A stretch of 64,000 nucleotides of DNA from an uncultured Gammaproteobacteria bacterium (GTDB lineage: Bacteria; Patescibacteriota; Microgenomatia; CAYXHB01; CAZYTL01), in the NCBI GenBank assembly GCA_964650355.1, contig CAZYTL010000001.1, positions 4,018 to 68,017 of the forward strand, read 5' to 3'. The translations under genes were made by a program, and so were the position numbers. The notes below the pieces were generated by a model that ran no database searches, had not been told where the DNA came from, and was given only the letters and a program-made list of their open reading frames with translations. The first letter of the stretch is position 1. Each line of letters starts with the position of its first letter. Below, one piece after another: positions 39,612-49,937 of the stretch.

Positions 39612-41471
39612 ATGAATAGCAAGCAAATACTCAAAGATTCTATATTCAAAGTTGGTAAGGTCATATCAGTTGATGGGCGAATTGTTAGAATAAAGGTTGA
39701 TAAAACAAAGAACTCTTCGAACTTACTATATAATGGCAAGTTGCTTAAAAATATTTCTGTAGGTGGGTATGTAAAAATAATCAAAGGTTTCACAAAGATA
39801 ATTGGCAAGGTCGATGGAGAATATATTAATGAAGAAAAAACCTTTTCAAATAAGGAATATGCAAGCGGAAAAGAAAAAATCAGCCGCGTGCTTAATGTTA
39901 GTTTGTTAGGTTTTTTTGGGGATAAAGGTTTTGAGAGAGGCATAAAAGAATTGCCTTTAATAGACAATGAGTGTTTTTTGCTTGAAAATGAAGAGTTTGG
40001 TTCAGTTCACCATTTTGTTAAAAAAGATGATGAGCCAATAACCGTAGGAAGTCTTTCTTTAGAAAAAGGTCAAGAAATCAAAGTTGGAGTTAATAGTTTG
40101 TTTGCGAGCCATATAGGAATTTTTGGGAATACTGGTAGCGGAAAATCATATACGTTAGCAAAAATTTATAGGGAATTATTTAAAAAGTATGAAGGGAGAG
40201 AAAATTTTCGGAACAATGGTATGTTTCTCTTGTTTGATTTTAATGGAGAATATGCAGATGAGAAGTGCATAATCGAAGGAAAAAAAATTTACAACCTAAC
40301 CACCAAAAAGACACTTAATACAATTAATAATGACGATAAATTTCCATTAAATGAGAATGACTTAATTGATTTGGAGCTTATTTCTATTCTTGCTAACGCA
40401 ACAGAAAAAACTCAGAGACCATTCTTATCCAGATCGTTAGACTTTTATAAAAAAATAAATGATGCCGATGACTCTCTTGAGTTTTTCAAAAATGTTTTAA
40501 AAAAACGGACAAAAGAAGTTCTAAGGATGGCAGATAAAGATAAAGCGCACGTTCTTATCGATTATTTAATTAATATTTTAGAAAAACCAGAAGAAAACTT
40601 AAACGAAGATCTTTTCGCCGCTATCGAATGGAACAATACAAATCATCACTTCATGCCTAGAAATGGCCAAAGCAGAGAATTAACGGATAGCGAAATTGAA
40701 GGAACAATTTTATATACATCCGCTAATAGCTATCAATTTCCCCAAAATATACTTACAAAAGTCATTCATTTTCTATACTTACAAGTAATTTTTGATATTT
40801 ACAACGACAAGGCTCAAAACGAACATATTGCCCCGGCCATTAATAAATTGAAGAGTAAACAAAAAGATATAGAGAAAGTTTTGAATACTAGCAGTACAAC
40901 CAACGACTTCTTTGTAGATAGCAATTTTGTGGTATTGAATCTTAAAGACGTTAATATCGAAATGAGAAAGACATTGCCTCTACTACTATCCAAAAAGGCT
41001 TATTCAGAACATAAACACAAACATAGACGAGATGAGAAGAAGTATTTAAATATTATTATTGATGAGGCTCACAATATATTATCCAAAGAATCTTTTAGAG
41101 AGGCTGAGAGCTGGAAAGATTATCGACTGGAAACATTTGAAGAGATAATTAAAGAGGGGCGTAAGTTTGGGGTCTTTCTAACAATAGCGAGTCAGCGACC
41201 CCATGATATATCCGCGACTATTATTTCCCAGCTGCACAATTATTTCCTACATAGATTGATAAATAATCACGACATTGTGGCTGTAGAAAGAACTATTGCT
41301 TATCTTGATAAATTGTCTGTTGAGTATTTATCTATTTTACCTACTGGTACATGTGTATTAGCAGGTTTGCTTGCACAGGTTCCTGTAGTTATTGATATTG
41401 GCAAAATAGAACCCAAAGAGCACGAACCTAACAATAAAACTATCAACTTAATAGAAAGTTGGAGTGACTGA
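39612..41471 (+). CDS. herA: HerA-like ATPase (Sir2-HerA defence system)
   Basis: HAS barrel, GNTGSGKS, FDFNGEY, IDEAH, KEGRKFG and SQRP. Confidence 0.9.
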   Translation: MNSKQILKDSIFKVGKVISVDGRIVRIKVDKTKNSSNLLYNGKLLKNISVGGYVKIIKGFTKIIGKVDGEYINEEKTFSNKEYASGKEKISRVLNVSLLGFFGDKGFERGIKELPLIDNECFLLENEEFGSVHHFVKKDDEPITVGSLSLEKGQEIKVGVNSLFASHIGIFGNTGSGKSYTLAKIYRELFKKYEGRENFRNNGMFLLFDFNGEYADEKCIIEGKKIYNLTTKKTLNTINNDDKFPLNENDLIDLELISILANATEKTQRPFLSRSLDFYKKINDADDSLEFFKNVLKKRTKEVLRMADKDKAHVLIDYLINILEKPEENLNEDLFAAIEWNNTNHHFMPRNGQSRELTDSEIEGTILYTSANSYQFPQNILTKVIHFLYLQVIFDIYNDKAQNEHIAPAINKLKSKQKDIEKVLNTSSTTNDFFVDSNFVVLNLKDVNIEMRKTLPLLLSKKAYSEHKHKHRRDEKKYLNIIIDEAHNILSKESFREAESWKDYRLETFEEIIKEGRKFGVFLTIASQRPHDISATIISQLHNYFLHRLINNHDIVAVERTIAYLDKLSVEYLSILPTGTCVLAGLLAQVPVVIDIGKIEPKEHEPNNKTINLIESWSD

Positions 41472-42985
41472 TGAATATGACATTATCTAAATCCGACTAC
41501 ATGCTTTTTCTTCGTCACCCAGCTTGGCTGTGGTTGAAGAAGTTCAACAAAAATAAACTTCCCCCGATTGATGAGGATACGCAGGCTTTATTTGACGCTG
41601 GTCATGAATTTGAAAGTTACACAGAAAAGCTGTTTCCTGATGCCATCCGTTTAGGTTTTAACAATTTCGATGAGTATCTTTCACTACCCAATAAAACCCT
41701 TCAAGAGATTAATAGTGGCACTCAAACTATTTTTCAAGGTCGATTAGAGATAGATGGTTTAACTTGTATTTTTGACGTTTTGCAAAAAGTTGGGGAGAAG
41801 GAATTTGACTTAATTGAAATAAAAGCCACTACCAGAGCTAAGCCAGAACACGAATACGATCTAGCATTTCAACTGTTAGTTTTGGAGAGGTCTGGTTACT
41901 CGGTTAGAAATATTTCTGTTGTTCATGCCAATAAAGAGTATGAGAGAAATGGGGATATAGATCCAAAACTTCTTTGTGACCAAACTAATATCACTGAAAA
42001 AGTAAAAGCTCTGAGAGAAGTAACTGAGCAACAGGTATCTGCAGCTCAGACGATGCTGGGCGAAAAAACAATTCCTGACATTTCTCCTCGGTACGTGAAC
42101 AAAGTTAACATTCCTGGCGTTTCTCAATGGTTCCAAGAATGGCTGGATATCTACAAGATACTGAAACCAAATAATGATCCCTACAATATTTACGAGCTTA
42201 GTTACCCTAGTGCTGAACAAATAGCTAGTTTAGAGGACGAGGGCATAACAAGGATAGCTGATGTGCCTGATGAGTTAGTTTTAAGACCAAAACAATTTGC
42301 TCAAGTAAAAACCACCAGAGAAGATAGGCCAATTTTAGATAAAGAAAAGATCAGAGAATTTTTAGATTCTTTTCAGTACCCACTTTACTTTTTTGATTAT
42401 GAAACGATGTCCTCAGTAGTCCCCGTGTTTGATCGCATGAGCCCTTATAAAGACTATCCATTTCAGTACTCCTTGCACGTTCTTCGATCCCCAGATGCTG
42501 AAGTCGAGCATCATGAATATCTGCATTCGGAGAATTCAAATCCGATGCCAAGACTTCTTAGTCAGCTCACACAAGATATTGGCAATGAAGGCACTGTTCT
42601 CACTTGGAATATGAGTTATGAAAAAGGATGCAATGACCGCATGGTCGCACTATACCCAGAATATTCAGAGTTTTTGGCAGAACTTAACGAGAGAATAAAT
42701 GATCTAATGATTCCATTCTCTGAGATGTGGTATTTCCATAAGGATTTCTTTGGTAGTGCATCAGTTAAAAAAGTAATGCCTGTATTGGCTCCTGAGTTAA
42801 GTTACAAGGAGCTCAATGTTGGCAATGGACTCCTTGCTAGGAGAATGTGGACCCAAACTATTTTAGAAGACAAACACCAAGATCAACGAGATAAAATTAT
42901 GGAGGATTTGAGCAAATATTGCACTCTAGATACATTTGCTATGGTTCGAATTTTGGAGGTATTGAGGGAAATTATTAATGAATAA
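41471..42985 (+). CDS. DUF2779-type protein (PD-(D/E)XK nuclease-like plus RNase H-like domain)
   Basis: LSKSDY, FDVL..LIEIK, YPLYFFDYET, PFQYSLH and YCTLDT; start overlaps the herA stop (TGATG). Confidence 0.8.
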   Translation: MNMTLSKSDYMLFLRHPAWLWLKKFNKNKLPPIDEDTQALFDAGHEFESYTEKLFPDAIRLGFNNFDEYLSLPNKTLQEINSGTQTIFQGRLEIDGLTCIFDVLQKVGEKEFDLIEIKATTRAKPEHEYDLAFQLLVLERSGYSVRNISVVHANKEYERNGDIDPKLLCDQTNITEKVKALREVTEQQVSAAQTMLGEKTIPDISPRYVNKVNIPGVSQWFQEWLDIYKILKPNNDPYNIYELSYPSAEQIASLEDEGITRIADVPDELVLRPKQFAQVKTTREDRPILDKEKIREFLDSFQYPLYFFDYETMSSVVPVFDRMSPYKDYPFQYSLHVLRSPDAEVEHHEYLHSENSNPMPRLLSQLTQDIGNEGTVLTWNMSYEKGCNDRMVALYPEYSEFLAELNERINDLMIPFSEMWYFHKDFFGSASVKKVMPVLAPELSYKELNVGNGLLARRMWTQTILEDKHQDQRDKIMEDLSKYCTLDTFAMVRILEVLREIINE

Positions 42986-43021
42986 CTGTAATAAGTCATG
43001 ATTGAACTTAAAATAAAATAA

Positions 43022-44113
43022 ATGAAAAATGTTTCATCAATTGTCAGATTTTGCATTCTACTAGCCTTATTATTTGGTTTGATCTATACAAACAAGCAAC
43101 TCGGTGAGACTAATGCACGACTGGAGAAAGTTGAGATCAAGCTTGGCGGTGCAGAAAAAATTGATTGCAACGAAAAGGATTCCATTGAAAAAGTTCGTCA
43201 ATCTGTCGTTAGAATCATCGGGGGAGAAGCTGAAGGATCTGGTTTTGCTATTAAATCAGGTGGAGTAATTCTCACAAATTTCCATGTTATCGAGTTTGAA
43301 CCCACGCCGAAGGTTGTCTTACCAGATAATTCATTCGAAACAGCAGAAGTGCTTATGGCTGATAAAAATGCAGATCTCGCCATAATAAAGATCAATAAAG
43401 AATTGCCTGTTATTTCTTGGGGTGAGCCATCAGAACTTGATCCGGCAGAAGAATTACTTGCCATAGGCTTTCCGTTAGGTGGTCAGCTTAGCGGTGAAGC
43501 ATCGGTTAACAAAGGCTCCCTTTCTGGGCGAAGAAGGTCGAAAGATGTCGGTATCGAGTACTTACAAACTGATACTACTTTGAATCCTGGAGTAAGCGGT
43601 GGGCCTATGATTAATATTTGTGGCGAGGTAGTTGGTATAAACACAGCTGGTCTATCTGGATTAGGCCTTGGTATATCTTCCGACTCAATTAAGCAAAAAT
43701 GGCTTGAAATGGCCACGGCAGAGGATCCATTGGCTGATGTTCAGAAGATTGACTTTAAACCCGAGGAAAGCTCGTTAGAGGCGGTCAGAGCGTTCTATAA
43801 CTACCTCAAGGCTCGCAAACTAGAGAAAGCATTTGATTTGCTGTCAGATAATTTTAAGAAAGGTTATGATTTTGACTACTGGAAACAGGGGTATGAACCC
43901 CTTCTAGACACCAGTGTTATTAAAATCGAGGATGACCCAGAAATAGAAAATAGGGTAATTATCAAGCTGTCAACTAAGGACTTCGTTGATGAGGAAATTG
44001 TTTATAAGTACTTCGAGGGCTATTGGGACGTTAAAGATGTTGATGGTCGCTGGTTGCTTTGGGACCCTGAAATAAAAGAGGTAGATCCAGATTTTCTCTG
44101 GTTCTATGAATAG
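43022..44113 (+). CDS. membrane-anchored trypsin-like (S1C) serine protease
   Basis: Catalytic triad motifs TNFHV, DLAII and NPGVSGGP; N-terminal TM helix. Confidence 0.9.
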   Translation: MKNVSSIVRFCILLALLFGLIYTNKQLGETNARLEKVEIKLGGAEKIDCNEKDSIEKVRQSVVRIIGGEAEGSGFAIKSGGVILTNFHVIEFEPTPKVVLPDNSFETAEVLMADKNADLAIIKINKELPVISWGEPSELDPAEELLAIGFPLGGQLSGEASVNKGSLSGRRRSKDVGIEYLQTDTTLNPGVSGGPMINICGEVVGINTAGLSGLGLGISSDSIKQKWLEMATAEDPLADVQKIDFKPEESSLEAVRAFYNYLKARKLEKAFDLLSDNFKKGYDFDYWKQGYEPLLDTSVIKIEDDPEIENRVIIKLSTKDFVDEEIVYKYFEGYWDVKDVDGRWLLWDPEIKEVDPDFLWFYE

Positions 44114-44185
44114 ATATCATGAAAATTAAACACGAGACGATATTGGGGATTTACTTATGCCTTCAGGGTTCTAGTTGAGTTAAAT

Positions 44186-46564
44186 CTAAAACATTCTTCG
44201 ACTTTGTGTCTTGATTTTGGCCTTCCAAACTTCAAAAATAAATTTATTAACATCTTCTTCGTTTACTAAGCGTACGATGATTTCATTGGATCTTCCCAGC
44301 ATTGGTACTCTGTTGTATCTATCCCTAATGGCCTCTACTAAGCCATAAACTTCCATCATTAGTTGTTTTTCTGTAGGAGATGACAACTTGACTCCGTCAG
44401 GAACATCAGAAAACCATTTATTGGCATAAGCTTTCTCAAATGGTTTGATGAACTCTTTCAGATAGTTAACAATTCCCATTTTATCTTGCTTAAGTGCCAA
44501 TATCCCAATAAAACATGCTCTCTCCATGATTCTGGGTTCTGTAAATCCATAACTATCTCCGGTTTCTTTTGTGAGCATTTTACTTGCAAAATTATTGATT
44601 ATTTTGATTGCGTCCCTGGCGACTTGGTCTTGGTTTTTCTGCAAAGCTCTAATACCAATTTTTGCTGCTGCCTCGACAAGAGAGTCAAGTGATTGATCTT
44701 TCCTAATTTTTTCTACATCGTGAGTAAACCACTCAGTCTGGAAGATGTACCAACCTACTTGTTTTAATAATTCTTCCTTATCTTGTTGCCACTTCTCATC
44801 TTCTGTTAAATCTAAAAGAAGGCATCCGATATCTGCAATTAAGTTTCCAAAAGTGTTCACCAACAAATGGTTGGGGTTTTTCATTTTTTCTGATAGATAG
44901 CGTAGCGTAGAGCGAAGTTCTTCAACAACCACAAAGAAGATTCCTTTCCATTCTTTGCGGTCATCTTCCTTTTTTGCACTATTAGCAGCTTTTGCAATTT
45001 GAAAGATCAAAGATGACGTATTTTCAAATGGGTTGGATAGGTTGGTTTGCATTACGAAGCTGCTGTCTAGAGCTCCCGCCATCATGGAGAGGTAAGCATA
45101 ATAAATTATTTGTCTAAGATGTTCCCACAAAGAACCCAATTCCATCTCTAGGTTGAAGTATTTAGAAGTTATAAGTTGAGTTAATATCGAGTTGTAAGTA
45201 TTAATGACCTCACCTAACACAACATTGTATTTATTTCCCAAAGCACTGAAGGCAATTTTATCGAGCATCCCGTAAATTGAGATGAACTCATAGTGGAGAT
45301 TTTGCTTTATTGCAATAGGAGCTATCTGACCGTAAGCGACTGCACCTTGAAATAAGGCTTCTTGATATTTAAATTTGATCGCGCTTTGAAGTAGTTGATC
45401 GAGGTAACCTCGACACTGTTCCATTATTGGACTTTCTACCTTTCTTTTGGTTAGGTAGTTAATTTGACTAGCAGATTGAGATAATTGGACAAAAATGTTA
45501 ATTACTTGGGTTATTCCCTGGTTATCATTTTCTCGCATATAGTTTTCACCAACGGCAACCAGCCTCTCTAGAGGCGGAGTCAAGAAAGCTCTTGAATCAC
45601 TAGTTGTTGCAAGCACAAATCCTGCAGGTAACACGAAAGAAGAATCTTTTCTAACTTCAAAATATTTTTGCAAAATACTTGTTATTACTTGTAATACTTG
45701 AAGTGCAGAGCTCCTTTCGTTTGTAGACACAAGTCGATCATGGTAATCGAAAAGATAATTTAGCCTGCTATTAATGTAAGCAAATTCTGGCTGCATGTAC
45801 TGAAAAGATGTCGCCAGAGCTTCTTGTTTAGTTACCTTTTTATCTAGCTTTGGTTGTTTCATTAAGACATCAGCTATTTCTTGAGCTCGCTTGTAAATAG
45901 ATTCAATTTTATGAAGAGCTTGCTCTGAAGCGATTTTCAAAACATTGTTAGGGTTCAGCCTAGTCCTAACTCTCTGATAGAGGATAAATGTTAGGTAGAA
46001 AACAAAACCTACTAAAATTAAGGAGAGCTGAAGCGAGGCTGTCGATAGCCCTAATCCAAAATTCCCAAAGAGCAGAGAAAAGGAAAAGACAACCAAGGCA
46101 CAGGCACTAATTAAGAAGAAAATTAAATCATGGACATTATCTTTCGCGGCAGTTTCATAAAACCCTACTGGTATTCTCTCAGCAGCGTTTCCCATAAGCA
46201 AAATGCTCAAAGAAAAAATTATTGCCAAGATTCCACCAATCATAGCTGCTACTGCAGTAAAAAAGGTCAGAGCATCACTTCTGTCAAAGATTGAAATATA
46301 AGGGCCAAGAAAATAAACCAAACAAAGGAGAAGAACAAAATATAACAATCCGCCAAGCAAGTTCCTTTTCGACTTTAAGTAAAGAGACAATCTGTAGCGA
46401 ATAAAATTTAGGATCCTAAGCTTAATCAAGTAGAAATAGAAAACTGCTGTTTTCTTGAGAGATCTCAGCTGACTCAACAACTTTTTCTTGTTTTGAAAAA
46501 ATAATCTACAGACTTTTTTTGAGCCTTTCAAAAATGATTGTTTAGAGGATTTCTTTTTTGCCAT
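44186..46564 (-). CDS. multi-TM membrane protein with large helical C-terminus (DUF2254-like)
   Basis: About four N-terminal TM segments followed by ~550 aa of helical sequence. Confidence 0.6.
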   Translation of the reverse strand: MAKKKSSKQSFLKGSKKVCRLFFQNKKKLLSQLRSLKKTAVFYFYLIKLRILNFIRYRLSLYLKSKRNLLGGLLYFVLLLCLVYFLGPYISIFDRSDALTFFTAVAAMIGGILAIIFSLSILLMGNAAERIPVGFYETAAKDNVHDLIFFLISACALVVFSFSLLFGNFGLGLSTASLQLSLILVGFVFYLTFILYQRVRTRLNPNNVLKIASEQALHKIESIYKRAQEIADVLMKQPKLDKKVTKQEALATSFQYMQPEFAYINSRLNYLFDYHDRLVSTNERSSALQVLQVITSILQKYFEVRKDSSFVLPAGFVLATTSDSRAFLTPPLERLVAVGENYMRENDNQGITQVINIFVQLSQSASQINYLTKRKVESPIMEQCRGYLDQLLQSAIKFKYQEALFQGAVAYGQIAPIAIKQNLHYEFISIYGMLDKIAFSALGNKYNVVLGEVINTYNSILTQLITSKYFNLEMELGSLWEHLRQIIYYAYLSMMAGALDSSFVMQTNLSNPFENTSSLIFQIAKAANSAKKEDDRKEWKGIFFVVVEELRSTLRYLSEKMKNPNHLLVNTFGNLIADIGCLLLDLTEDEKWQQDKEELLKQVGWYIFQTEWFTHDVEKIRKDQSLDSLVEAAAKIGIRALQKNQDQVARDAIKIINNFASKMLTKETGDSYGFTEPRIMERACFIGILALKQDKMGIVNYLKEFIKPFEKAYANKWFSDVPDGVKLSSPTEKQLMMEVYGLVEAIRDRYNRVPMLGRSNEIIVRLVNEEDVNKFIFEVWKAKIKTQSRRMF

Positions 46565-46570
46565 ATATTG

Positions 46571-47284
46571 CTATTCCAACCAACCAAAATCTTTGTTTAA
46601 ATATTTTTTATCGATTTGGTTGTTTATCTCTTTTCTAACTTTTTCTTTGGATCCGGTTCTTTTTAGTTCCAAAACATTCGGAACTTTGTTTTGTTTATAA
46701 AGAAAAGCAATTTCTCCAACGTTTATATACCCGATTTGGATATCTAGATTCAATACTGTTAAAGAAACGATTGTATCTGGGGTCGTTTGTATGATTTGAA
46801 GAGCCCATACAGCGAATTTTATTTGATGTTTGATCAAAAACTGGTTTACTTCTTGGTAATTAGGTTCTATACCATCTTCAACTTTCACTAGGAGCACGTA
46901 TTGCTCACCGTACTTCGTATATTTTGAGTTAATTTTGTCAGATGACAGAAGTTGTTGTAGTAATGTTTGCCCATTTTTAGCATCGTATCGAGTTAGTTCT
47001 ATTGTCGAAATATCAAAATCTCCCAGACGCTCTTTTGATTCTTGTCCGATGTAACCATCAGGAGGATCTTGTTTAGACACTTGGACAAGGGGCAACTCGT
47101 GCGTTTTTTTGTTCAATGCGTAAATAGCTAAGGCGGTGAGGGAAAGATCGTATGACTCTATTAATTTTTTATATTTTCGCTCTTTCTTTAGTTGTTCTAT
47201 TCCTTTATTTTGAACCAATTCAACACAACACTGATGAATAAAGGCAGGACAGAACCAGATCTTGTTAGGGTGTTTCCATGCCAT
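46571..47284 (-). CDS. putative PD-(D/E)XK-fold nuclease
   Basis: QDPPDGYIG...IELTRY. Confidence 0.5.
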   Translation of the reverse strand: MAWKHPNKIWFCPAFIHQCCVELVQNKGIEQLKKERKYKKLIESYDLSLTALAIYALNKKTHELPLVQVSKQDPPDGYIGQESKERLGDFDISTIELTRYDAKNGQTLLQQLLSSDKINSKYTKYGEQYVLLVKVEDGIEPNYQEVNQFLIKHQIKFAVWALQIIQTTPDTIVSLTVLNLDIQIGYINVGEIAFLYKQNKVPNVLELKRTGSKEKVRKEINNQIDKKYLNKDFGWLE

Positions 47285-47287
47285 AAA

Positions 47288-48022
47288 TTATTTCTTTATA
47301 TAATTTTGTTTATACTTTTTTTGAATTTCTTTTAGACGATACGGCTCGAATCTAGAAAGGTAATCAATAACTAAGGCTACGTGATGCTTAGCATTATTTT
47401 CTACATGGTGATACATCCAAGTTTCGTCATTCAATTTGCCAGAAATTGTGTTGAGTATTTTCTCTATTGTTTTAAATAACTCTTTAACTTCAGCAGCACT
47501 AATACTAGGCAATTTTGGTTTTCTAACGTCGTCGTGAACAAGCCACTTGTCTCGATAGGTTTTCGCTTTTTTGATAGCTTTGTTTTGTTTTTCAAGCATT
47601 TTTCTTATTAAAGCTAGATCTGAATATTGCAAACCTTTGTACCTCTCTGTTAGTTCTTTTAAGAGTTGACGATCTTGATTGTATTCAGTGAAAGCATCAA
47701 TTGTTAAGTGTTTTAGTTTGCTCTCCGTGAAGTTAACAATTTTGTTGATATGCAGTGACTGATCTGATACATCTAGGAGCTTTCCCAATTCAAGGAAAAA
47801 GTAAGTGCGGAGCGCTTCCTGAGTAGGAACAAAAAAATTCCTATATTTATCCATGGTTTTTACATTTGCTTTTGCGCGTGATGGTCCAACAACGTTTGGA
47901 GCTGCAGCTTCCTTCATTCCTTCGTAAGCGTAAAAAGCAGATAGGGCGTGGAAATATCTACTTTGCAACTTCTTGATGTAGGACATTAGGGTTTTGAATT
48001 CTGTATTTTTTGGTTTGGTCAT
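47288..48022 (-). CDS. AbiU2-like HEPN protein
   Basis: LGKLLD...S; HEPN-like motif YRDKWLVH. Confidence 0.65.
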   Translation of the reverse strand: MTKPKNTEFKTLMSYIKKLQSRYFHALSAFYAYEGMKEAAAPNVVGPSRAKANVKTMDKYRNFFVPTQEALRTYFFLELGKLLDVSDQSLHINKIVNFTESKLKHLTIDAFTEYNQDRQLLKELTERYKGLQYSDLALIRKMLEKQNKAIKKAKTYRDKWLVHDDVRKPKLPSISAAEVKELFKTIEKILNTISGKLNDETWMYHHVENNAKHHVALVIDYLSRFEPYRLKEIQKKYKQNYIKK

Positions 48023-48213
48023 GTATTTTTCGTTTTGATAAATTGATCGATAGATTTTGGATCATATCTTCTATCCCCGCGCTCGTTTACTTTAATTGCT
48101 TTTAGTTTTCCGCTCTTATCCCATCGCCTAAGGGTCTCGACATGAACATTCAAAACTTCCGCCGCTTGGCGAATATTTAGTAGTTTCGGTAATGCAATGT
48201 TTTTCTTCGACAT
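48019..48213 (-). CDS. MerR/excisionase-like HTH protein
   Basis: LLNIRQAAEVLNVHVETLRRWDKSG..RRY; paralog of 33204..33386. Confidence 0.85.
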   Translation of the reverse strand: MSKKNIALPKLLNIRQAAEVLNVHVETLRRWDKSGKLKAIKVNERGDRRYDPKSIDQFIKTKNT

Positions 48214-48216
48214 AAC

Positions 48217-48251
48217 TCAACTTAATTATACAAAAATATAGCCTAAGTTGA
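48217..48251. promoter_or_regulatory. inverted repeat in the divergent promoter region
   Basis: TCAACTTA-N19-TAAGTTGA between the HTH and DUF4365 genes. Confidence 0.45.
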
Positions 48252-48269
48252 TATACTTGTAATACAACC

Positions 48270-49922
48270 ATGAGTGCAAAAAAAACTAACAATCATGTAC
48301 CATCGCATAGTGACAACGACTTTACAGATAAAGAGTCAGTAAGTCTTATTGAAAATATTTTAGCTCGCCATAAACGAGTCATGCCGAAGCTGTATTCGAG
48401 CGACAAATGGCCAAATATTGATGGCCATATTGAAGTCCAAGACGCTGGCCATACGTTGGTAGGTCGCTCATTTGTGCAGGCCAAAACCCTCCCAGGCGAT
48501 CATAATTTGAAATTTGCTTGCCCGGTCTCGTTCTTTTCAAGTTGTGAGATAGACCCGTGTTTTTTGTTTGGTGTTGATAATCAAAATGGGAGGGTTTATT
48601 GGCTTTACTTCGATGCTAACGTTATAAAGGAAATTGATTTTGATGGGAACACCTCAACAAAAACAATTGAATTTAATGAATCACAATACTTCGATAAGGA
48701 TAAGACTGATTATATTGAGGAGTGGAAAAAAATCATCAGAGATAACCAACAAAAATTTAAGCAGTATAACGAGCTAAAAGAGTCGTACGAGCTTATTCTC
48801 AGTAGTTCCAATAGAGCCATGGGGAAAACTGATAAAAACTTTTCTAAAATTCATTTGTTTCTTGATGAACTAAATAGAGGACTTGATCATCAATTTCAGA
48901 TAGTAAAAGATATTTTTTACCCAAAAACTTGGAAAATAGGGCTTGCGTACTATAACTATGAAGACACAAAGGTTGCCTACATTTCGTTTCCAATCCCAAT
49001 CGATCAGAATGATGTTCAAATAAAAGAGGTTGATGATGATCTACGAGATAAATTGAAGCAGCAAGGCCTTGGGTTTACTGGACACTTTGCTGAAAACCCT
49101 ATTGAGGTTAGGCCAAGAGAATATGCGAAAGAAATTATAGGTTCAAAAGTGACATCTATCTTGGAGAGGCAACTTCTAAACCACAGAGGGCATGAGTTGT
49201 TGGCTCAAGAAACTGTATTCAACTTCATTAATAGTTACCACGACCACTTAGATTTACCTAAAAAAGACTCTTACCCTCTCGAAGAAGTAAAAAGCAGCAA
49301 AGAATTGATGCGGATGAAAAACACTTCCTTATTATCTATAAACGCAAAACACATCAATCTAAGCATTTTTTGGGAACTCTTAAATTTCTTGGAATCAAAA
49401 CAACTTCCAATCAGCAGAGTGTATAAGGCAAAAGATTTTTCAAGAATTCCCAATGGTGGTTGGGTTTGGAATGTTTTCTCAAAACCGGATACAGAACATA
49501 ACCTAAATATTGTCTTTGATAATCTTTCTTCTGCTTACGAACAGATCATCCTCAATAACTTCCCTTTGCTTAAAAAGGATTTTTCTCTCTTTCAGGAAGC
49601 AAACAAAATTCTCGTCCGCTATAAACTTAAAGAAAAATATACAGATTTCGGATCGGGACCAACTTACGAAATGTTCTATCTCAAAGCGGACAACAATGCT
49701 ACACAAAAATCAATTGAAGTAATAGAAGATAGTGAAGCAAACACCCTTAATAAGTTATTTTATTCTGGTGGTCCATATAAATATGAATATAAAGGTGGTC
49801 GATACACCTTACTTTCGGCACAGCATAGCGTTTTAGATTTTATCTACGATGACACTCCGCTATTTAGCTTAGTGTACGAAATACTAGTTCGAAGAGTTAA
49901 TCAATATTTTGAAAAATCATGA
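48270..49922 (+). CDS. DUF4365 (Cap4-like endonuclease) N-terminal domain protein
   Basis: PNIDGHIEV...FVQAKT...VDNQNGRVYW. Confidence 0.7.
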   Translation: MSAKKTNNHVPSHSDNDFTDKESVSLIENILARHKRVMPKLYSSDKWPNIDGHIEVQDAGHTLVGRSFVQAKTLPGDHNLKFACPVSFFSSCEIDPCFLFGVDNQNGRVYWLYFDANVIKEIDFDGNTSTKTIEFNESQYFDKDKTDYIEEWKKIIRDNQQKFKQYNELKESYELILSSSNRAMGKTDKNFSKIHLFLDELNRGLDHQFQIVKDIFYPKTWKIGLAYYNYEDTKVAYISFPIPIDQNDVQIKEVDDDLRDKLKQQGLGFTGHFAENPIEVRPREYAKEIIGSKVTSILERQLLNHRGHELLAQETVFNFINSYHDHLDLPKKDSYPLEEVKSSKELMRMKNTSLLSINAKHINLSIFWELLNFLESKQLPISRVYKAKDFSRIPNGGWVWNVFSKPDTEHNLNIVFDNLSSAYEQIILNNFPLLKKDFSLFQEANKILVRYKLKEKYTDFGSGPTYEMFYLKADNNATQKSIEVIEDSEANTLNKLFYSGGPYKYEYKGGRYTLLSAQHSVLDFIYDDTPLFSLVYEILVRRVNQYFEKS

Positions 49923-49937
49923 ATAAAACCAGGCAAT

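Larger units (their letters stand above)
33036..44169. repeat. 23-bp direct repeats flanking the R-M/Sir2-HerA cassette
   Basis: GGATTTA(T/C)TTATGCCTTCAG(A/G)GT at 33036-33058 and 44147-44169, 21/23 identical. Confidence 0.7.
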
